Below are positions 59,339 through 64,000 of a DNA stretch of 64,000 nucleotides, piece after piece. Position 1 is the stretch's first letter. Each line of letters opens with the position of its first letter. Source of the DNA: Acholeplasmataceae bacterium (GTDB taxonomy: Bacteria; Bacillota_I; Bacilli_A; Acholeplasmatales; Acholeplasmataceae); assembly GCA_963675245.1 (NCBI GenBank), contig OY775910.1:1344001-1408000 (forward strand). Direction: 5' to 3'. A model generated the notes under the pieces. That model was not told where the DNA came from. It made no database searches and was given only the letters and a program-made list of their open reading frames with translations. The position numbers and the translations under genes are program-made.

Positions 59339-61192
59339 ATGAAACATCAACAAGAACTAAAAGAATTTCATCAAGCAATCACCGATGCTTACTATCAAAT
59401 CGAAATGGAACAGGTTTTTCCAAATCGTTTCTATGATGCATTTCTTGCTGGTGAGAATGAAATGTATCAAAAATCCATTACTGAGTTGAAGGCATTCCAT
59501 GTAGATTGGATACCTACGCTTGAGTCATATTTACCATCTTTGAATAAGATTATTATGAATCCTAAATCAGGATTAAGATATGAACAACCAGTTGTCGCAA
59601 TTGAAAAAGCAAAAAAAGTTAATGCGCAGTCAATCAGGCACTTATCCATGCATTCTCATCTTGTTAAGGAAGTTAGAGAAGACATGGTTATTCCTAAAAA
59701 AATTATGACGACTCAAGCTGAAATTGACTATGCCATTTATGAAAATCGTTTTATTAAAACATTGGTTGAACGCTTATTTGATTTTGTGTTTAGAAGATAC
59801 AATATTATTAAGGCGAATATTGATTCTTTCAATAAGAGACACTTTGATTTAAAAAGCAAATTTGATATGCAAGATACAGATATTGATTTGGATATTCATG
59901 TAACATTTACTGAACGAGCAGATGATGAAAATGCGATTGAAAAAAACAATGAAATGCTTAAACGTATCGAAGCTTTAATGAAACAAATCAATGGGTTTAT
60001 GTCTACAGCATTTTGGGCTGAAGTTAAAAATGCTAAAAATGTAACACCACCGATTATGCAAACATCTATTCTTTTAAAGAATATTGACTATAAAAATTGT
60101 TATACACTGTGGCTTTTTCTAGACCGATTTAGCAATCTTGATTTTGATAATGATGTTAAAGAAAAGAATCTAACATTTGATAATTACTATACAAAAAATG
60201 TATATCAAATTGCCTTACAAACTGTAGCGATGATATACGGTAATCAGTTAGCACTAGATGAACATTATCAGTATCTGAATGAAAAAGAGTACAAAAGAAG
60301 AAGTCCAAAAATTATCAATAAACGACTTGATGAATTACTGACACATGATCAAGTAATAGAAATGGAAGATTTTTCATTAAACGAGTATTTCTTAGAGCAA
60401 AGTAAAAAGCAATTTACTAAATTACTTGAAGAAAAACAAGAAGAATCATCTAATTATGATGTCGCCTTACGTCGAGCATTACGTGATACAATTCAAATTA
60501 CCAATTCATTATTTGAATCCTATTTTAATTTGAATGATCAACCCGAAGGCGAAGATTTCATGTTTAGGTCACTCGTCAAAGAGTCTACATACGATCAACT
60601 ACAAACCGCAAGACAGCGAACAAGAATCATGAAGATTATAAGAGAAACAAAAGAAGTAGACTATAACAATATGATGAGACTAGAAAAGCGATTATTAAAA
60701 GAAGTAGAGTATCTTAATAAACAGTATCTTGATGAAGAAAAATCAAATATTAAGATAGTCGCAAAACGAAAAGGTTTAGAAGAAAAATTAAAGATTGAAA
60801 GACGTAATGCAGCGAAAGATCAAGCAAGAGTAACTAGATATTTGAAATACGTTTCTGATCAACATAAAAAACTTGAAGAAAATCACAGAAAGACGACTGA
60901 AAAAATCAGAAAGACAAGAGAAAAGGTTAAACTTACAGAAAAACAAGTTATTGCAGCTGAAAAGAGAAAAGCAAAAGCGGCATATCAAGCAGAACTTAAG
61001 CGCATTAAGGAACAACATAAAGCTGATAAGAAGAGATTAGAGACTCAATTAGCAAAGCAGACACAAAGTGATAAAACAAGATTAGAACAACAATTGTCAA
61101 ATATCGAAAAGGCATCTAAAAAACGGATTGATAAAGAAATGAAAACAATTGAAAAACGATATCAAAAGAAATTAAATAAAGTCAAAACTTAG
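59339..61192 (+). CDS. DUF2357 (McrC-like N-terminal) protein with long C-terminal coiled coil
   Basis: DYAIYENRFIKTL and LLKNIDYKNCYTLW motifs; K/E/Q-rich C-terminal third; no PD-(D/E)XK motif seen. Confidence 0.72.
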   Translation: MKHQQELKEFHQAITDAYYQIEMEQVFPNRFYDAFLAGENEMYQKSITELKAFHVDWIPTLESYLPSLNKIIMNPKSGLRYEQPVVAIEKAKKVNAQSIRHLSMHSHLVKEVREDMVIPKKIMTTQAEIDYAIYENRFIKTLVERLFDFVFRRYNIIKANIDSFNKRHFDLKSKFDMQDTDIDLDIHVTFTERADDENAIEKNNEMLKRIEALMKQINGFMSTAFWAEVKNAKNVTPPIMQTSILLKNIDYKNCYTLWLFLDRFSNLDFDNDVKEKNLTFDNYYTKNVYQIALQTVAMIYGNQLALDEHYQYLNEKEYKRRSPKIINKRLDELLTHDQVIEMEDFSLNEYFLEQSKKQFTKLLEEKQEESSNYDVALRRALRDTIQITNSLFESYFNLNDQPEGEDFMFRSLVKESTYDQLQTARQRTRIMKIIRETKEVDYNNMMRLEKRLLKEVEYLNKQYLDEEKSNIKIVAKRKGLEEKLKIERRNAAKDQARVTRYLKYVSDQHKKLEENHRKTTEKIRKTREKVKLTEKQVIAAEKRKAKAAYQAELKRIKEQHKADKKRLETQLAKQTQSDKTRLEQQLSNIEKASKKRIDKEMKTIEKRYQKKLNKVKT

Positions 61193-61215
61193 TTTTATTT
61201 GAGGAGGATGAGACG

Positions 61216-61980
61216 ATGAATAAGTTAAAAATTAAAGATCATAGAAAACTGACAATCGTTTCATTACTATATGTATTATTTGCCTTCTTTATGTTAGTGG
61301 TTGTGACATATGCTTGGTTTGCAAATACAAATCATAATAATGCTAGTCTAATTCAAAATGTTGCAGCAGTTGAAGCAGAATATCAATATTTTGTTTATAA
61401 TGATACATCTCATACTGGTTCACAAGAATTAACATTAATAAATAATACTACGACAACAGGGGAAGACTTAGCTTATGAATTTGTACCAAATCCCACAGTC
61501 GCTAGCTTTATTGATGGTTATATCGCACCAGGCGAAAGATTTTCATTTGCGATTAAAATTACAAATGTTGGATCGGGAACTGGCTATTTAGAAATACAAT
61601 TTGGAAATGTCACATCAATCAATTATGATTTAGAGATTAATCGTATTCAAAATGCAATTTACTTTGAAGTTACTAAAATTGTAAGTTCAGATGGTGTCAC
61701 GGAAAGTGATGATATCAAGGACATTAGTCCTGCACAACATTTTAGTTCATATTTTAACGGTGATATATTTCAACGATATCAAATGTTGAGAAATATTCCA
61801 TTGGGTTATACATCCTCAGATGAAGTCACAATTATATTCTTTGATATTGTATTTGATCCAACGATTTATGGCGAAGATGAATTTGGTATACCTTATACCA
61901 ACTCAAATATTTTCATGGGTCAAACAATTACGGTAAATAATATATATATGTATATTACTTCCAACGAGGTGACACCATGA
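61216..61980 (+). CDS. SipW-type signal peptide protein (TasA/CalY-like candidate)
   Basis: Leader ending VVTYAWFA; IAPGERFSFAIKITNVGS resembles the TasA/CalY PGD...I.N.GS motif. Confidence 0.8.
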   Translation: MNKLKIKDHRKLTIVSLLYVLFAFFMLVVVTYAWFANTNHNNASLIQNVAAVEAEYQYFVYNDTSHTGSQELTLINNTTTTGEDLAYEFVPNPTVASFIDGYIAPGERFSFAIKITNVGSGTGYLEIQFGNVTSINYDLEINRIQNAIYFEVTKIVSSDGVTESDDIKDISPAQHFSSYFNGDIFQRYQMLRNIPLGYTSSDEVTIIFFDIVFDPTIYGEDEFGIPYTNSNIFMGQTITVNNIYMYITSNEVTP

Positions 61981-62684
61981 GAAATATAGCACCTAAATTG
62001 TTTACTTCTTTAGCCATTATCATTTTCATTTTTGCGATTGTTATTATGATTTCTGGCACTTATGCGATTAGAAGGAATGAACCAGTTTATATCTTTGGAT
62101 ATGCACTTGCTGTTGTTCCTACTGAATCAATGGTTGGTGAACATGAAGATTCACTTGATATGAATGATCTCGTTATTATTAGAAAAATTGATATTAGTGA
62201 CATCCATGTTGAAGAACATCCAGTGATTGTCTATCAAGGTACAGGAAATAATAATGCTGATATTCTCATTATTCACAGAGTGATTGGCGAATCAAATGAA
62301 GGTTTAATCACTAAAGGTGATAATGAAGATACGAACGATGTCGCTGATCAATTATTAGTTAATGGTGCTCAAGCATATATTACAGATGATAATATTCAAG
62401 GTATATATGTCGCGAAAATCACTTTTTTAAAACCAATAGCAAATATTATGACGAATTCAAGATCAATGATATTTGCAATAATTGCAGTTATTTTATCGGT
62501 CATTCTCATTTCTGAGTTAATTCATTTTGTTAAAACGCTAGAGGATAAGAAAAAAGAAGATATGGCAAAGCAACACGCATCTTATTTAGCTATAATGAAT
62601 GACGTCACAAGGAAGTCAATCAAAGAGGAAATTAAAAAAGAGTATTTGGCAAACCTAGAGCAATCTAGGGACGCAAAGCTATAG
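61977..62684 (+). CDS. Second SipW/ER-type signal peptidase I
   Basis: VVPTESM, DLVII, IIHRVI, ITKGDN...D. Confidence 0.9.
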   Translation: MRNIAPKLFTSLAIIIFIFAIVIMISGTYAIRRNEPVYIFGYALAVVPTESMVGEHEDSLDMNDLVIIRKIDISDIHVEEHPVIVYQGTGNNNADILIIHRVIGESNEGLITKGDNEDTNDVADQLLVNGAQAYITDDNIQGIYVAKITFLKPIANIMTNSRSMIFAIIAVILSVILISELIHFVKTLEDKKKEDMAKQHASYLAIMNDVTRKSIKEEIKKEYLANLEQSRDAKL

Positions 62685-62735
62685 GGCCTTTCTAAGGTAG
62701 CCAGTTGCACCATTATCGTTGGTAGCTGGCTTTTA
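62638..62735 (+). promoter_or_regulatory. GEMM-I riboswitch 4 (G20) plus terminator, overlapping the peptidase 3' end
   Basis: GGCAAA-CCTAGA-GCAA-TCTAGG-GACGCAAAGCTATAGGGCCT..AAGGTAGCCAGTTGC; AGCCAG/CTGGCT hairpin plus T-run. Confidence 0.92.
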
Positions 62736-62759
62736 TGCTTTTATAAGAAGAGGAATAAC

Positions 62760-63416
62760 ATGAGAAAATCAAGTCTAATTATCATGTTAATAGTAGCAAC
62801 TTTCACACTTATTGGTAGTGTGTCTTATGCTTGGTTCACGTACGTTGAGAAGAAAAGCTTAGCGACTTTTGAAGCAGGCGTTTTGGCTATTCAAACAAAG
62901 ATAAATGATGATGTTTTCTCAGTCACATATGAAATTTCCGATATTGCTTATATAGATTTTGATAAGGATGTCGTTAATGATAGTTCTAACACGTTTGATT
63001 ATATGGCATCGTCAAACGTTCTCGAAATTGCGCTTGACCCTCAATCACCACTTGCTGTTCACACAGTTACAATTAATGAACCTATTGGACAAGAAGGTTT
63101 GCTATTGTTATTAATTAATGAAGGACTAAATCTAGAATCTGGAGCTCAAATCACGTCTAATTACCACGATCTGATTGAGACGATTACAACCGGTTCTAGC
63201 ACACCAGAAGAAATGAGACTAGCAATCGATTTGTACAATCAAAGTGTTTTAGATGATGTTTATGAGACGATTATGACAGCTTCTGATACACTTTATTTGC
63301 AAGTGGTGGTATGGGGTGATTATGATGAATTATCTGATCAATCAAATTATTTAGATTTGACATTTTCACTAACTGTAACCATTGAGACAATTAATGCAAG
63401 AGGTGCAACACCATGA
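62760..63416 (+). CDS. SipW-type signal peptide protein
   Basis: Leader ending IGSVSYAWFT; C-terminal VVWGDYD. Confidence 0.8.
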   Translation: MRKSSLIIMLIVATFTLIGSVSYAWFTYVEKKSLATFEAGVLAIQTKINDDVFSVTYEISDIAYIDFDKDVVNDSSNTFDYMASSNVLEIALDPQSPLAVHTVTINEPIGQEGLLLLLINEGLNLESGAQITSNYHDLIETITTGSSTPEEMRLAIDLYNQSVLDDVYETIMTASDTLYLQVVVWGDYDELSDQSNYLDLTFSLTVTIETINARGATP

Positions 63417-64000
63417 GAATAATAGATCGAATACTTCTCATTGCGATGACATTTATGCTGGGTTTGATGGTTGCAGTTATATCAACATATGCATATTTTC
63501 AAATAGCGGAAATACATGGCATCACGCTTTCAGCAGGTGAGTTTGATGTAGAATTACTTGTTAAATTTGATGGTGTGGTTGTTACATATGATAGTCCATT
63601 TTATGATATCGATCGAGGAAAAATTATTGCTAATGCATTTGACAATGCATCAAGCAATTATATCGGAAACATGACAATTGACTTATTAATAACACCTGAG
63701 GTTGCTGCAAGAATGAGATTTAAAATTCAACAGGAATGGATTCTTCAAAGATATTATTTAGATCAAGATCCAGAACATCCAATTGATCCAGTATTTGAGT
63801 CTATCTATCATTCTCAAAAAGCGAGTACATATTACCCATATTCATTGATGTTATGGGCGAATGGTATGACGACCATCTATGAACAAAATGGTATGAACTA
63901 TTATACAAATATTATCCCTAGTAGCACAGAAACGATAATACCAATTATAAATGGTGGAGATTCTTATACCGTGAGAACAAATAGTGTTCTATACGAGGAA
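63413..64000 (+). CDS. SipW-type signal peptide protein (partial, runs off window; not in ORF track)
   Basis: ATGA overlap with previous stop, GAGGTG RBS; MRIIDRILLIAMTFMLGLMVAVISTYAYFQ...; frame open to 64000. Confidence 0.8.
   Translation, partial: MRIIDRILLIAMTFMLGLMVAVISTYAYFQIAEIHGITLSAGEFDVELLVKFDGVVVTYDSPFYDIDRGKIIANAFDNASSNYIGNMTIDLLITPEVAARMRFKIQQEWILQRYYLDQDPEHPIDPVFESIYHSQKASTYYPYSLMLWANGMTTIYEQNGMNYYTNIIPSSTETIIPIINGGDSYTVRTNSVLYEE

Noticed and set aside
14956..61018. Numerous 60-146 aa ORFs nested in or antisense to long genes (e.g. 15319-15705, 25022-25333, 53096-53536, 56223-56585)
   Set aside because: Shadow frames of well-supported genes, without RBS or motifs
57783..61192. 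Calling the pair a canonical McrBC restriction system
   Set aside because: No DNA-binding N-terminal domain or nuclease motif recognised, and it is embedded in a secretion-type operon; retained as a finding instead

Overview
AT-rich bacterial chromosomal window using the standard code (TGA = stop, TGG = Trp). Gene content and style suggest a Bacillota-derived lineage, possibly Acholeplasmatales/Izemoplasmatales-like; this is inference, not established. Left to right: (1) tRNA-Arg/tRNA-Ser followed by a ~9.5 kb decaying island of orphan genes with several repeat families, two in-frame nonsense codons and an excisionase-like HTH gene; (2) fprA, then a complete IS110 element (11643-13192) whose ends, core dinucleotide, circle promoter and bridge-RNA guides can be read from the sequence, inserted between a Shine-Dalgarno sequence and its ATG; (3) housekeeping genes: pckG, ggt-like, zwf operon, acc/fab fatty-acid operon, fluoride-riboswitch-controlled cation:proton antiporter, trk, MATEs, tRNAs; (4) from 49.6 kb, the most striking locus: two membrane GGDEF*-EAL genes, three tandem GEMM-I cyclic-dinucleotide riboswitches (one G20, two A20 variants), and an operon of SipW-type signal-peptide (TasA/CalY-like) proteins and two SipW-like peptidases. 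This operon contains a membrane-anchored McrB-like AAA+ protein and a DUF2357/McrC-like partner with no visible nuclease, plus a fourth riboswitch overlapping a coding sequence. All protein assignments come from motif recognition by eye; no searches were run.
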